NCBI GenBank assembly: GCA_035545215.1
Contig: DASZYU010000210.1
Span: forward strand, 1-63,831
Direction of reading: 5' to 3'
Source: Puia sp.
GTDB lineage: Bacteria; Bacteroidota; Bacteroidia; Chitinophagales; Chitinophagaceae
Length of the DNA stretch: 63,831 bases
Shown piece after piece: positions 1-10,065 of this stretch. Under the pieces are notes generated by a model. The model was not told where the DNA came from and did no database searches. It worked only from the letters and a program-made list of their open reading frames with translations. Position 1 is the stretch's first letter. Each line of letters opens with the position of its first letter. Position numbers and translations under genes: made by a program.

Positions 1-74
1 CCGTGCTCGTCGAGGTGCGCGTCGTGTTTGGTTACCACTTCAGAATGCCCATGTACCGTTGCTTCGTTGCTCAT
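1..74 (-). CDS. Cytochrome c oxidase subunit I, N-terminal fragment (runs off the window)
   Basis: ATG at 74 gives MSNEATVHGHSEVVTKHDAHLDEH, a His-rich N-terminus, 12 bp after the subunit II stop. The identity is inferred from position. Confidence 0.7.
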   Translation of the reverse strand, partial: MSNEATVHGHSEVVTKHDAHLDEH

Positions 75-86
75 GAGAAAAAAAAT

Positions 87-1121
87 TTATCTGGATACTG
101 TAGATTTTGTTGAATCCGCCTGACCGGCGGTCGCCGGGGCCTTATCCCCCATCACCTGCGCATAGTTAGGCTTTTGCTTCGCCAGCCAAAGCTTGAATTC
201 GTCGGCGCTCACCACTTTTACGATACCGCGCATCGTATAATGGCCCTTCCCGCACATCTGGTCACAGGAAATCTCGTAATCGAAATCGGGATTGTTCAGC
301 TTTTTCTTCATCTGGTCGGTCGTGAATTTCGGCGTGAACCACAGGGTGGTCGGCGTACCGGGCACGGCGTCCATCTTCTGGCGGAAATACACCAGGCCGA
401 CGTCATGGATCACGTCCCTCGAACCGATGATCAGCTTGACCGGACGGTTCACGATACAATACATGGTATTGTTGACCACGACGTCGTCATGCGTCGCGGC
501 GTCGTCCCAGAGCAGGCCCAACTGGTTGTTGTCCTTGTCGCTGATCTGCTGATAGTATTTCTTTCCGAAGGTCTGGTCCTTGCCGGCGTACCGGAAGATC
601 CATCCGAACTGTTTGCCCGTCACTTCTACCTGCAGCGCGTCGGCGGGAGCGTCGCCCGTGATCCGGAACCAGTAGAAAAGACCGAATCCCACCAGCACTG
701 TCAGCGCAATGGCGGGGATCACGGTCCAGATGACTTCCAGCTTGTTCGAATGCGGGAAGTAATAGGCTTTTCTCTTTTCGGAATACTGGTATTTGAAGGC
801 GAACCAGAAGAGCAGTATCTGCGTGAGCAGGAAGACGACCCCGGTTATGACGACCGTGATATAGAGCATCGTGTCGATCTCCTCTCCGTGTACGGAGGCG
901 GATTCTCCCAGGATCTTCCCCTTGAACAGCTCGTTGCACCAGTACACCCCGATGAGGCCCAGGACCAGGAAGACGATCATCAGGAATCCGTTGATCCGGT
1001 TGTGCTGTTCGAAATTCTTCTTTTCACCTCTCAGCACTCCCACATACTCACTGGCCTTGGCAATCTGAAAGGTGATCAGGAAACCTAATAACAGGATCAG
1101 TATCAGAAAAAAAGTTGACAT
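87..1121 (-). CDS. coxB: Cytochrome c oxidase subunit II
   Basis: TM helices followed by a CuA domain: DVIH, KMDAVPG, CDQMCGKGHYTM. Confidence 0.95.
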   Translation of the reverse strand: MSTFFLILILLLGFLITFQIAKASEYVGVLRGEKKNFEQHNRINGFLMIVFLVLGLIGVYWCNELFKGKILGESASVHGEEIDTMLYITVVITGVVFLLTQILLFWFAFKYQYSEKRKAYYFPHSNKLEVIWTVIPAIALTVLVGFGLFYWFRITGDAPADALQVEVTGKQFGWIFRYAGKDQTFGKKYYQQISDKDNNQLGLLWDDAATHDDVVVNNTMYCIVNRPVKLIIGSRDVIHDVGLVYFRQKMDAVPGTPTTLWFTPKFTTDQMKKKLNNPDFDYEISCDQMCGKGHYTMRGIVKVVSADEFKLWLAKQKPNYAQVMGDKAPATAGQADSTKSTVSR

Positions 1122-1136
1122 GATGGTTTAAAACGT

Positions 1137-2363
1137 TTAAGTATGATGGATAATACTTTCTTTGGTAAAAGGATGATTCTTTGCCAGCAACGGGAACTTG
1201 CTCAGAACTCGCCCGGTCTGCCACATGATCAATCCTACGAAACCCAGCGCAATGCCGAAATCGAAGAGGTTCATTGGCACGTGGTCAGGGGAAATATGCT
1301 GGCCCGGGAACACCATCTGATAATAGTCCAGCCAGTGACCAAAGAGCAAAAGTACGGACATAAAAGTTACCGTGCCCCAGTTCCGTTTCGAGCTCCTCGT
1401 CATATAGATCAGCAGAGGGCATACGAAATTGATTATCAGGTTCAAATAGAATATGCCTTCGTAGGCGCCTTCGAAACGCGGTTTGAAGTAGATCGTTTCT
1501 TCCGAAATGTTGGCGTACCAGATGAGCATAAACTGGTCAAACCACAGGTAGGTCCAGAAGATGGAGAACGCGAACTGGAATTTCCCGAGGTCGTGCAGGT
1601 GCTCCTGGTTGACATATTCCAGGTAGCCCTGGTTCTTCAGGTAGATGACGAAGATGGTCAACAGCGCCAGACCGGCGACAAAGCTGCTGCCGAAATTGTA
1701 CCAGCTGTACATCGTCGAATACCAGTGCGCGTTGATGCTCATCAGCCAGATCCACGGGGTAATGGCCGCGACCGTCAGCGCATACCAGACAATATACAAT
1801 GCCGACCAGACCGTATTCTTGAAAATGTATTTTCTCCCTTCCTCGACGTTCAGCGGCGTATTGTCGATACTCCGGGATACCTGGCGCAGCTTCCACCCCA
1901 GGAAGGTCCATAGCCCGATCGTCAGGATCGTCCACGTCGTGAAAAAGCCAGGGCTGAGGAAGCCGCTTTTCCCGCTCAGCGCTTTGTCCTTTGCGACTAC
2001 GCTATTATCCAGCCATTCGTAAATATTGGTATGACCGCCGAACACCAGGATCATCAGGACGACGAACGTGATGGCGCCGATCGGAACGACACAAGCGGCG
2101 AGCGCTTCCGTCACGCGGCGGAATGTCATCTGGAAACCGGCCAGTGCAAGCGTCGTGGCGGCGAAAAAGAACATGACCGCATTCACAGCGAGCAGCCAGA
2201 AAACACAGTTATGGAGGATCGTAGCCCAGAAGCGGGTACCCTGGTCATGACCGCCATACAGGATAAAACCGACGATCAGGGATAACACACCCACAGCCGA
2301 CAGTCCGAGCGTCCATTGTTTATAGCGGGCGGGTATTACAAAATGCTCTTTGATCGATGACAT
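1137..2363 (-). CDS. actF: Alternative complex III subunit ActF
   Basis: Polytopic membrane protein with HWYSTMY and HLHDLGKF..FSIFWTYLWF.QFMLIWYAN; position in the operon. Confidence 0.92.
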   Translation of the reverse strand: MSSIKEHFVIPARYKQWTLGLSAVGVLSLIVGFILYGGHDQGTRFWATILHNCVFWLLAVNAVMFFFAATTLALAGFQMTFRRVTEALAACVVPIGAITFVVLMILVFGGHTNIYEWLDNSVVAKDKALSGKSGFLSPGFFTTWTILTIGLWTFLGWKLRQVSRSIDNTPLNVEEGRKYIFKNTVWSALYIVWYALTVAAITPWIWLMSINAHWYSTMYSWYNFGSSFVAGLALLTIFVIYLKNQGYLEYVNQEHLHDLGKFQFAFSIFWTYLWFDQFMLIWYANISEETIYFKPRFEGAYEGIFYLNLIINFVCPLLIYMTRSSKRNWGTVTFMSVLLLFGHWLDYYQMVFPGQHISPDHVPMNLFDFGIALGFVGLIMWQTGRVLSKFPLLAKNHPFTKESIIHHT

Positions 2364-2386
2364 TCTCAGAATATTTTAAGAAATGA

Positions 2387-3058
2387 TTATTTTTTTGCGG
2401 CCGTGCTGTCCGTTCCCGACGACCCCGATGACGATGCGCTGCCTGCCGCCGCACCGCCGCTCTTGCTTGCAGCCTGTTTCGACTTGATATACGCGATCAC
2501 CATCCAACGCTGTTTCGTGTTGAGCTGCGAAGCATAGCTGCCCATTTTATTTTTCCCATAGGTGGCCGAATAGAACATCTGTCCTTCCGGCATATCCATA
2601 TACTGCGCTTTCCCGATGAATTGTGCGGGAGCAGCCGGGAAGGGGCCGTCGCCTCCGCGGTACAGCGGTCCGTTACCATCCAGTTTCGCACCGTGACAGA
2701 TCGCGCAATTGACCAGGTAAAGCCGCTCGGCTTCCACCGTATCCATCGATGTCAGCGGGTTCTTCACCTGCCGGGAGGCTACATAGTTCGTGGAATCGCC
2801 GGGCGCATCCTTTGGGATCAGGAAAGGGAACAGTTCGCCCCGCTTGATCGTCCCCGGAACCGGTGTATTGCTGAAATGGATGCCCTTCTTCAACAGCTCG
2901 GCCTTTTGCTCTTCGGTGGTCGCATACGTTTCATAGGCCCGGCTGTAACCCATGTCGGGCATGTATACTCTCCCGGGGTCGCGCTGAACATCGCTGCAAC
3001 CTGTGAAAACGGCCGCCGCAGTGACAAGGATAAATGATGAGACGACTATTTTTTTCAT
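2387..3058 (-). CDS. actE: ACIII monoheme cytochrome c lipoprotein ActE
   Basis: Lipobox VFTGC, YMPDM motif, single CAICH; ATGA overlap with actD. Confidence 0.92.
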   Translation of the reverse strand: MKKIVVSSFILVTAAAVFTGCSDVQRDPGRVYMPDMGYSRAYETYATTEEQKAELLKKGIHFSNTPVPGTIKRGELFPFLIPKDAPGDSTNYVASRQVKNPLTSMDTVEAERLYLVNCAICHGAKLDGNGPLYRGGDGPFPAAPAQFIGKAQYMDMPEGQMFYSATYGKNKMGSYASQLNTKQRWMVIAYIKSKQAASKSGGAAAGSASSSGSSGTDSTAAKK

Positions 3059-3645
3059 GCTAATGCGGTTCCTTTGTGTTCAAATGGGGTTTTGTCTTTG
3101 TCATAACGACCGAGCCACCAGCCCGTTTCCGCCACCTGGGTATTGATGCCTGTAGCGCCTACCCCGGCGAGGAACGCTTTTATCTGTTCTTCGTTGCTTT
3201 TTTCCGTGCATTCGATGACCATCGTGAACTGGTCGTCGGTAGACCGCAGGTTGAAATGGTGTTTCCGGACAAAGGGCGCCATCTGGTTCAGCCAAAGAAA
3301 GGTGAGGAACATGCCGACCGCCGAGAAGAGTACGGTCAGTTCGAACGTAATGGGTATCCAGGCGGGCAGATCGAAATGCGTTTTACCGCCGATGTTGACC
3401 GGCCAGTCGACGTTGAATACCCAGCCGATGCCGACGAGCGCGGTGGTCGTCCCGGTGATGCCGTAAATAAAACCGGCTGTATGCAAACTCGTATCCCTGA
3501 GGCCCAACGCGTGATCCATACCATGGATAGGCATCGGGGTATAGACGTCATGGATCTTGTACCCGGCCGCACGGACCTTCTTTATCGCCGGGAAGAGCAC
3601 TTCCTCGTCCGTAAAAATGCCAACAACAAACTTTTTAACTGCCAT
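3055..3645 (-). CDS. actD: ACIII subunit ActD (DUF3341)
   Basis: YTPMPIHG motif, WPVNIGGK, ITFELTVLF, two TM helices. Confidence 0.92.
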   Translation of the reverse strand: MAVKKFVVGIFTDEEVLFPAIKKVRAAGYKIHDVYTPMPIHGMDHALGLRDTSLHTAGFIYGITGTTTALVGIGWVFNVDWPVNIGGKTHFDLPAWIPITFELTVLFSAVGMFLTFLWLNQMAPFVRKHHFNLRSTDDQFTMVIECTEKSNEEQIKAFLAGVGATGINTQVAETGWWLGRYDKDKTPFEHKGTALA

Positions 3646-3664
3646 ATCTATTGCGTTTTATACC

Positions 3665-5119
3665 CTAATGGGCATGTGCATATTCATGAGCGAATTCATC
3701 GACCTGTTCGCGTTCTATCCTATTCACCTTATCCGATTCTTTGAACGACTTACCCGATTTCTTCAGGATATGCTTGATCTCGGCCACCGCGATGACCGGG
3801 AAGAATTTCGAGAACAGGAAATAACAGGTAAAGAACAATCCGCACGTACCGATGAAGAAGCCGACCTCCCAGATGCTCGGTGCATAATACGTGGCCCAGC
3901 TGCTCGGCAGGTAGTCGCGGTAGATCGACAACACGATGATCACGAACCGTTCGAACCACATCCCCACGTTCACGAGGATGGACATGAAGAACGTGACGGT
4001 CAGGTTCCTCCGCATCTTCCGGAACCAGAAGATCTGCGGGGAAAGCACGTTACAGCTCATCATGATATAGTAAGCCCAGCCATAAGGGCTGAAGATATTG
4101 ACGCGGCTTTGAGCGAACGCCCAGCTCTCGAATTTGTTCTGGCTGTACCAGGAAACGAACAGCTCGGTCAGATAGGCGATGCCCACAATCGAACCCGTAA
4201 GCACGATCACCTTGTTCATCGCTTCGATGTGTTCGAGCGTGATGTATTCCTGCAACCGCAGCACCTTCCGGCTGACGACCAGCAGGGTCTGCACCATCGC
4301 AAAACCCGAGAAGATGGCGCCCGCAACGAAGTAGGGAGGGAATATGGTCGTATGCCATCCCGGGATGACCGAGGTCGCGAAGTCGAACGACACGATCGTA
4401 TGCACGGAAAGCACCAGCGGCGTGCTCAGACCGGCCAGTACCAGCGCCAGCGCTTCCTGCCGCTGCCAGTTCTTGGTACCACCCGCCCAGCCGAAAGAAA
4501 GCACCCCATACATGAACTTGCGCCATTTCAGCCTGGCCCTGTCCCGGACCGTAGCGATATCGGGGATCAGACCGGAATACCAGAACAATACCGATACCGT
4601 AAAATAGGTCGAGATCGCGAATACGTCCCACATCAGCGGAGAGTTGAAATTCGGCCAGACGGGACCGCGCGTATTCGGATAAGGCATGATGAAGAAACAC
4701 AGCCATACACGGCCCATATGCCAGACGGGGAATTGCCCCGCGCACATCACCGCGAAGATCGTCATGGCTTCAGCGGCCCGGTTCACACCCGTCCGCCAGC
4801 CCTGGCGGAACAGCAGAAGGATCGCAGAGATCAGCGTCCCGGCGTGACCGATACCGACCCACCAGACGAAGTTGGTGATATCCCAGCCCCAACCGACGGT
4901 GCGATGCAGGTTCCACTGGCCGACGCCATAGATCACCTGTTCGGCGACGGACCAGACACCGAACAGCAGACAAGCCACACTGATCAGGAAACCCGTCCAC
5001 CAGAGGCGGGAGGGCGGCGCTTCAATGGGCCGTATAATATCTTCCGTCACCTGGTGGTAATCCTTTGTTCCATCTACCAGCGGGGCTCTTGTCTGTGATT
5101 CATACCGTAATTCTGACAT
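3665..5119 (-). CDS. actC: ACIII subunit ActC (NrfD/PsrC family)
   Basis: WDITNFVWWVGIGHAGTLISA, NRAAEAMT, SVHTIVSFDFA. Confidence 0.95.
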   Translation of the reverse strand: MSELRYESQTRAPLVDGTKDYHQVTEDIIRPIEAPPSRLWWTGFLISVACLLFGVWSVAEQVIYGVGQWNLHRTVGWGWDITNFVWWVGIGHAGTLISAILLLFRQGWRTGVNRAAEAMTIFAVMCAGQFPVWHMGRVWLCFFIMPYPNTRGPVWPNFNSPLMWDVFAISTYFTVSVLFWYSGLIPDIATVRDRARLKWRKFMYGVLSFGWAGGTKNWQRQEALALVLAGLSTPLVLSVHTIVSFDFATSVIPGWHTTIFPPYFVAGAIFSGFAMVQTLLVVSRKVLRLQEYITLEHIEAMNKVIVLTGSIVGIAYLTELFVSWYSQNKFESWAFAQSRVNIFSPYGWAYYIMMSCNVLSPQIFWFRKMRRNLTVTFFMSILVNVGMWFERFVIIVLSIYRDYLPSSWATYYAPSIWEVGFFIGTCGLFFTCYFLFSKFFPVIAVAEIKHILKKSGKSFKESDKVNRIEREQVDEFAHEYAHAH

Positions 5120-5280
5120 AGTCTATTGAGCTTTTTGCTATTGTTATATGTACGCGAACAGGTCCTCTTCCCTAATTTAGCCCAATTCGCGCAGAGGGCT
5201 TATGTCTGGCCATTGACCAGGCCGCTTCCGGCGGCTTTGATTTTACGGCCGTTTCGGCGGTCCCGTTTACCCGCGCGGCG

Positions 5281-8200
5281 CTACGATTCCTTCTCTACCC
5301 TCGTTTCTTCTTCCGGTCCCTCGGCCCCGAAAGCGGCTTCCGAATGACGGACCTTTGCCAGGTAGCTGATATTGGGTAAGGTATGCAGCTCCTCGATCAC
5401 ATGATACAGGCGTTTGGAGTTGTTCGCCCGGGTCGTGCTGATACGGCTTTTCTTATCATTCACATTTCCGAAAACGATCGCTTCGGTCGGACAGGCCTGC
5501 TGACAGGCGGTCTGTACGTCGACCATATCTTCCAGCACGCGATTTTCCTTCTTCGCCTTCAGCTTGCCTTCCTGCAAACGTTGTACGCAGAAGCTGCATT
5601 TTTCCATGACGCCGCGGCTGCGCGTCACCACATCGGGGTTCAGCACCATACGGGTCAGATCATCGTTCATCTGGAAAACGGCGGGATCGAGCACGCCCAC
5701 GACCTTCTGGTCCTGGTTGTTGGGGAAGCTGTCGGAACCGTTATAGTCGGCCCAGTTGAACCGGCGCACTTTATAGGGACAGTTGTTCTCGCAATACCGG
5801 GTCCCGATGCAACGGTTGTAGGCCATCTGATTGAGCCCTTCGGAGCTGTGGTTGGTAGCATCCACGGGGCACACATTTTCGCAGGGCGCGTTGTCGCAAT
5901 GCTGGCACAGCATCGGCTGGTAGACGACCTGGACGTCCTCGGGGGTATCGAATTTGCTGCCGGGAGGCATCGAGTAGTACCGGTCGATCCGGATCCAGTG
6001 CATATCGTGGAAACGCAGGACTTCGTTCTTGCCGACGACCGAGACGTTGTTCTCCGCATGACAGGCGACCACGCAGGCGGCGCAGCCGATACAGGAGTTG
6101 AGGTCGATGGACATGCCCCAGTGGATGCCGGGTTTGTCGTAGACGTTGTAAAGCGTTCCCTGTTCCTCGAAATGCTCGACGCCGCCGAAGGGCTTCAGCT
6201 CTTCTTCACGCTGATCGAGCACATAACCGGGATCCTTCTTGAATTTATCCAGCGTAATATCCTTGATCACTTCCGTACGGCCTTCATAAGTGCCATGTGT
6301 TTGCACCTGCGCCAGCTGGAACATGTCGCCGGTCTTGTCGAAATCCGCGCCGGTGACGTACCAATCGACGGTAGTCCCGTTGAAACTCCGCATCGGGAAG
6401 GCATTGAAGCCCACACCGGCTGCGGCTTTCCCGATATTTTGGGCCGTATCCTCCAGTTTGCCGCTTGCGCTGCTCCGGCCGAATCCGACGGCGATGCCCA
6501 GGACTTCGTTATGGGTGCCGGGGATGATGATCGCGGGTATATTCTTTTCCGTTCCGTTCAGCTTCAGCTTGATGATCTGCTTGTCCATGTACACCTCGTA
6601 ATGGTCTGCCTCACGGCGATCGGAAACGTCGATGTTGAATTTTTCTTTGGCGAGCTTGGGGGAAAGGATCGCATAGTTGTCCCAGGAAATGCGGGTAACC
6701 GGATCGGGCAGCTCGAGCAGCCAGGGGTTGTTGGCCTGCGCGCCGACGCCCATTGCGACGCTTTGATAGAAAACGATTTCCAAGGGCCCCGCGGATTTGA
6801 TCCCTGCTATCGCCGTGGCTGCTTCGGCCACCCTGGCATTGGAATAGGCACCTCCGCCGCCGGCAGCTGCCGTGGTGGGTTCGATCACCCCGTCCTGGAG
6901 GGCCTTTTCATAGGCTTCGACGCCGCCGAGTTTTGCGGTCCAGTATTGTTTGAAATAAGCTTCATAAGTCGTGTTGTTGCCCGTCCATTTCAACAGCGAC
7001 TCTTCGAACGGCCGCGTTTTGAACAACGGCGCGATCGTCGGCTGCAGGAAGGAGTAATAGCCCGGCTTGGGCTCGGTGTCTCCCCAGCTTTCCAGGAAGT
7101 GCGGGGCGGGCAGGACCAACTTGCACAGTTCCGTCGTCTCATCCAGGCGGTCATTGAAGGAGATCGAGGCTTTGACCTTCTTCAGTCCGGCTTTGAACTT
7201 CTCCGCATCATAGTAATCGTAGGCCGGATTGACGCCATAGACGAGCAGAGCGCCTACCTTGCCGTCGTTCAGATCGGCAACGAGCGCATTCATATCGCTG
7301 TCGATGCCCTGACGGGTTTGCAGCGGCGATGACCAGTCGACGGTGGTACCGCTTGCGCCGATCGCCTCATTGATCGCGTTGACGATCGTCTGTACATGGA
7401 CGTCGTTGCTGCCGCTGACGACGAGGCCCCTGCCCTTGTTGTCCTGCAAGTCCTTGGCGGCGCTTTTGATACCGGCTTTCAGTTTGTCGGGCAAAGCGGG
7501 AGCGGTGACAGGACCTCCCAGCTCGGCCAGCAGGGCCAGCGCAACGGCGCCCGTCTCGCTCGGTTTATGCGTGTACCGTTCGTCAGCGCTTCCGCCCGTC
7601 ATCGAAAGAAGGCTTTCAAACTGGTAATGTTTGCTCATCGCCGGGTTATTCTCGTCGATCTTCCGGCCCTTCGAATAGTGACGGGCGAATTCGACGGGAC
7701 TCAGCCAGGTACCGAGGAAATCGGCGCCCAGGCTCACGATCACGTCTGCTTTGTCGAACCGGTAGGAAGGTATGGCCCTTTTTCCATGGCTGGCTTCCGC
7801 CGCGAGCAGGATCCCGCTGTACGAATCGGCATCGTATTGTACGTGGCGGCTGCCGGGATTCTTTGCGAGGAATTCGGAGATGACCTGTTTGGTTGTGGGA
7901 GAAGTGATCGTTCCGGTCAGCAGTACGAGCGGAGAACCGGCGGCCAGCGCAGCGGCGGCCAGTTTGTCGAAAGCTTCGAAGGTGCTTACCTCCTGCGCCT
8001 TGCCATCGACGATCTGTACGGGATAACGCAGACGGGCGGTGTCGTAAAGATCGAGCACGGCAGCCTGTACCCTGGCCGAAGTACCGCCCGACGTCAGCGA
8101 GGACATCGTATTGCCTTCCAGCTTGATCGGACGCCCGTCGCGAACCTTGGCCACCAGCGGGACGACATCTCCGCCGATCGTGTACGTGGTCGCGTAGAAA

Positions 8201-8472
8201 TCGGCGACACCCGGTATCATATTTTCCGGCTTGTTGAGGTAGGGGACGACGTGGCGGACCGGCATTTCGCAGCTGGCGGCGAGAGTGGCGGCAGCCGTGC
8301 TGAAACCCAGGTACTTGAGAAAGTCTCTGCGGGGGTGTTTCGCATCCAACAGACCCTTTCCATCCAGACCGTCCAATGGCAGGCTTTCCCTAAATTCACC
8401 TTCGCTTGACTTCTGAAACGCCTCGCTGTTGTTGCGCTCTCCGAAACTTTGCCAATATTTTTTGTCGCTCAT
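5281..8472 (-). CDS. actB: ACIII subunit ActB (molybdopterin-oxidoreductase-like fold plus Fe-S domain; Tat lipoprotein)
   Basis: RRDFLK Tat motif followed by LAASC lipobox; Fe-S motifs CIGCAACVVAC, CQHCDNAPCENVCP, CIGTRYCENNCP, CSFC. Confidence 0.95.
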   Translation of the reverse strand: MSDKKYWQSFGERNNSEAFQKSSEGEFRESLPLDGLDGKGLLDAKHPRRDFLKYLGFSTAAATLAASCEMPVRHVVPYLNKPENMIPGVADFYATTYTIGGDVVPLVAKVRDGRPIKLEGNTMSSLTSGGTSARVQAAVLDLYDTARLRYPVQIVDGKAQEVSTFEAFDKLAAAALAAGSPLVLLTGTITSPTTKQVISEFLAKNPGSRHVQYDADSYSGILLAAEASHGKRAIPSYRFDKADVIVSLGADFLGTWLSPVEFARHYSKGRKIDENNPAMSKHYQFESLLSMTGGSADERYTHKPSETGAVALALLAELGGPVTAPALPDKLKAGIKSAAKDLQDNKGRGLVVSGSNDVHVQTIVNAINEAIGASGTTVDWSSPLQTRQGIDSDMNALVADLNDGKVGALLVYGVNPAYDYYDAEKFKAGLKKVKASISFNDRLDETTELCKLVLPAPHFLESWGDTEPKPGYYSFLQPTIAPLFKTRPFEESLLKWTGNNTTYEAYFKQYWTAKLGGVEAYEKALQDGVIEPTTAAAGGGGAYSNARVAEAATAIAGIKSAGPLEIVFYQSVAMGVGAQANNPWLLELPDPVTRISWDNYAILSPKLAKEKFNIDVSDRREADHYEVYMDKQIIKLKLNGTEKNIPAIIIPGTHNEVLGIAVGFGRSSASGKLEDTAQNIGKAAAGVGFNAFPMRSFNGTTVDWYVTGADFDKTGDMFQLAQVQTHGTYEGRTEVIKDITLDKFKKDPGYVLDQREEELKPFGGVEHFEEQGTLYNVYDKPGIHWGMSIDLNSCIGCAACVVACHAENNVSVVGKNEVLRFHDMHWIRIDRYYSMPPGSKFDTPEDVQVVYQPMLCQHCDNAPCENVCPVDATNHSSEGLNQMAYNRCIGTRYCENNCPYKVRRFNWADYNGSDSFPNNQDQKVVGVLDPAVFQMNDDLTRMVLNPDVVTRSRGVMEKCSFCVQRLQEGKLKAKKENRVLEDMVDVQTACQQACPTEAIVFGNVNDKKSRISTTRANNSKRLYHVIEELHTLPNISYLAKVRHSEAAFGAEGPEEETRVEKES

Positions 8473-8528
8473 ATTGTAGAGAAATTAGACTTTTATGTGT
8501 TCCGCGCGGGCGGAGGAAGGATTACCGA

Positions 8529-9788
8529 TTAATAATGGCATTTCTGGCACTCGGTACCGCCGATGTTCTCGACGGTCACGGAATCCATTCGGCCGGTCCG
8601 CAAATCCTTGTGGAACCGCTCGTAAATGCTGTAAAATTTATTGCCGTTCCCGGAGCTGTCGGGGAAGTTGACCTTGGTCGTACGATGGCAATTAATGCAC
8701 CAGCCCATGCTCAAGGGAGCAAACTGTTTTACCTCATCCATTTCCTGGATCGGTCCGTGGCAGGTCTGGCATTGTACCTGTCCGGCTTTTGTATGTTGAG
8801 CGTGGCTGAAGAATACGTGATCGGGAAGGTTATGGATCTTGACCCATTCCACCGGTTTGGCGTCCTCTGAATTGTATTTACCGGTCTTCGGATCGTACCC
8901 TGTATAGCTGTAAAGTTTCTGGATCTCCTGCGTACCGTCGACCTCGCTGCCATCCTCGCGATAGAGTTTTGGGCCTTTGCTGTAGTCGTTGATCGCGGCG
9001 TGACAGTTCATACAGACGTTCAGCGGGGGTACCGTGGCATGTTTGCTGTCCATCGCGTTGCTGTGACAGTACAGACAGCTGATCTGGTTGATGCCGGCGT
9101 GAACCCTGTGCGAATAAAAGATCGGCTGCACGGGCTGATAACCCTGCTGACGGCCCAGCCCGATCGCGCCCTCGACGACCCAATACCCGCCCAGGACGAA
9201 CAGGATCAGGACGACAGCGGCAATGTATACTTTATTGCGGTAGAAGGGGATAGGTTCCGACGCGGGGATGCCCTCCTTATCGTCGGACAACTTTTTCAAA
9301 CTGCTGTTCACCTGCAACAATACGATCATGATCACCGCCAGGATCAGCGTCAGGATACCATATAATAGGGTGTTGTCGCTTTCGGGGGTCTGCTGGGGGG
9401 GAGCGTTGTTGTCGTTCCCGGGTCCCTTGGTTTCAGGCAATTCCACGTATTTCAGGATCGCGTCGATGTCCGCGTCGGTCAGCGCCGGAAAAACGTTCAT
9501 CGGCGTCTTACCGAACTCATTGAACTTATCGGTGAAATACTTGTTACCCGACGCGAGCACCTTGGTGTTGTTGCGGATCCATTCATGCAGCAATTTCCGG
9601 TCCGGCACCCGTTCGGTCACCCCATGAAGCGCCGGTCCGACGATCTGTTTGTAGGGATTATGACATGAAGCGCAATTTGATTGGAATAAAGCCTTACCAT
9701 CCTGAGCAAAAAGAGAATTTCCTAAAAGGACCAGAGCGAGGGGAAGGATACTGAATAATAACTTTCTTACTGATCTATGAGTGGTCAT
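8529..9788 (-). CDS. actA: ACIII multiheme cytochrome c ActA (N-terminal monoheme plus pentaheme domain)
   Basis: Six CxxCH motifs (CASCH, CLYCH, CMNCH, CQTCH, CINCH, CQKCH); two TM helices between the domains. Confidence 0.95.
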   Translation of the reverse strand: MTTHRSVRKLLFSILPLALVLLGNSLFAQDGKALFQSNCASCHNPYKQIVGPALHGVTERVPDRKLLHEWIRNNTKVLASGNKYFTDKFNEFGKTPMNVFPALTDADIDAILKYVELPETKGPGNDNNAPPQQTPESDNTLLYGILTLILAVIMIVLLQVNSSLKKLSDDKEGIPASEPIPFYRNKVYIAAVVLILFVLGGYWVVEGAIGLGRQQGYQPVQPIFYSHRVHAGINQISCLYCHSNAMDSKHATVPPLNVCMNCHAAINDYSKGPKLYREDGSEVDGTQEIQKLYSYTGYDPKTGKYNSEDAKPVEWVKIHNLPDHVFFSHAQHTKAGQVQCQTCHGPIQEMDEVKQFAPLSMGWCINCHRTTKVNFPDSSGNGNKFYSIYERFHKDLRTGRMDSVTVENIGGTECQKCHY

Positions 9789-9855
9789 ATATACAATTAG
9801 TTGTAGATGTGGAAAAATCTACCAGTAAAAGCCCATCCTACACATTAACAGGTTG

Positions 9856-9863
9856 CAAAAATA
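9856..9863 (-). promoter_or_regulatory. Bacteroidota sigma-A -7 element of the act-cox operon
   Basis: TATTTTTG on the minus strand, an exact TAnnTTTG match, ~68 bp upstream of actA. Confidence 0.6.
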
Positions 9864-10065
9864 AGTCAGGATTTTAACAATCTATCAACATGCGAAAATT
9901 TTTTTTTCCTTTGCTGGGCGTGGGTCTCAACGAATTACGACAAATCGCGCTGACGCTCTGTCATAGGATTGTCAGGGAATTTGGCGCTTCAAATCGGTGG
10001 AAATTACCTTTATTATTGCGGCTGCGACTGTCATCAATTCCGATCTCCGGCCGTATTTTTAGCGC

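Noticed and set aside
174-8409. Long plus-strand ORFs opposite the act/cox genes (e.g. 3557-5098, 5383-7332), and similar ones opposite E1, SNF2, asnS and GH20
   Set aside because: Antisense shadow frames expected from high-GC3 codon usage; no recognisable motifs.
5281-8472. ActB as a molybdoenzyme (polysulfide or nitrate reductase)
   Set aside because: The operon context is ACIII, where ActB is known to lack a molybdenum cofactor.
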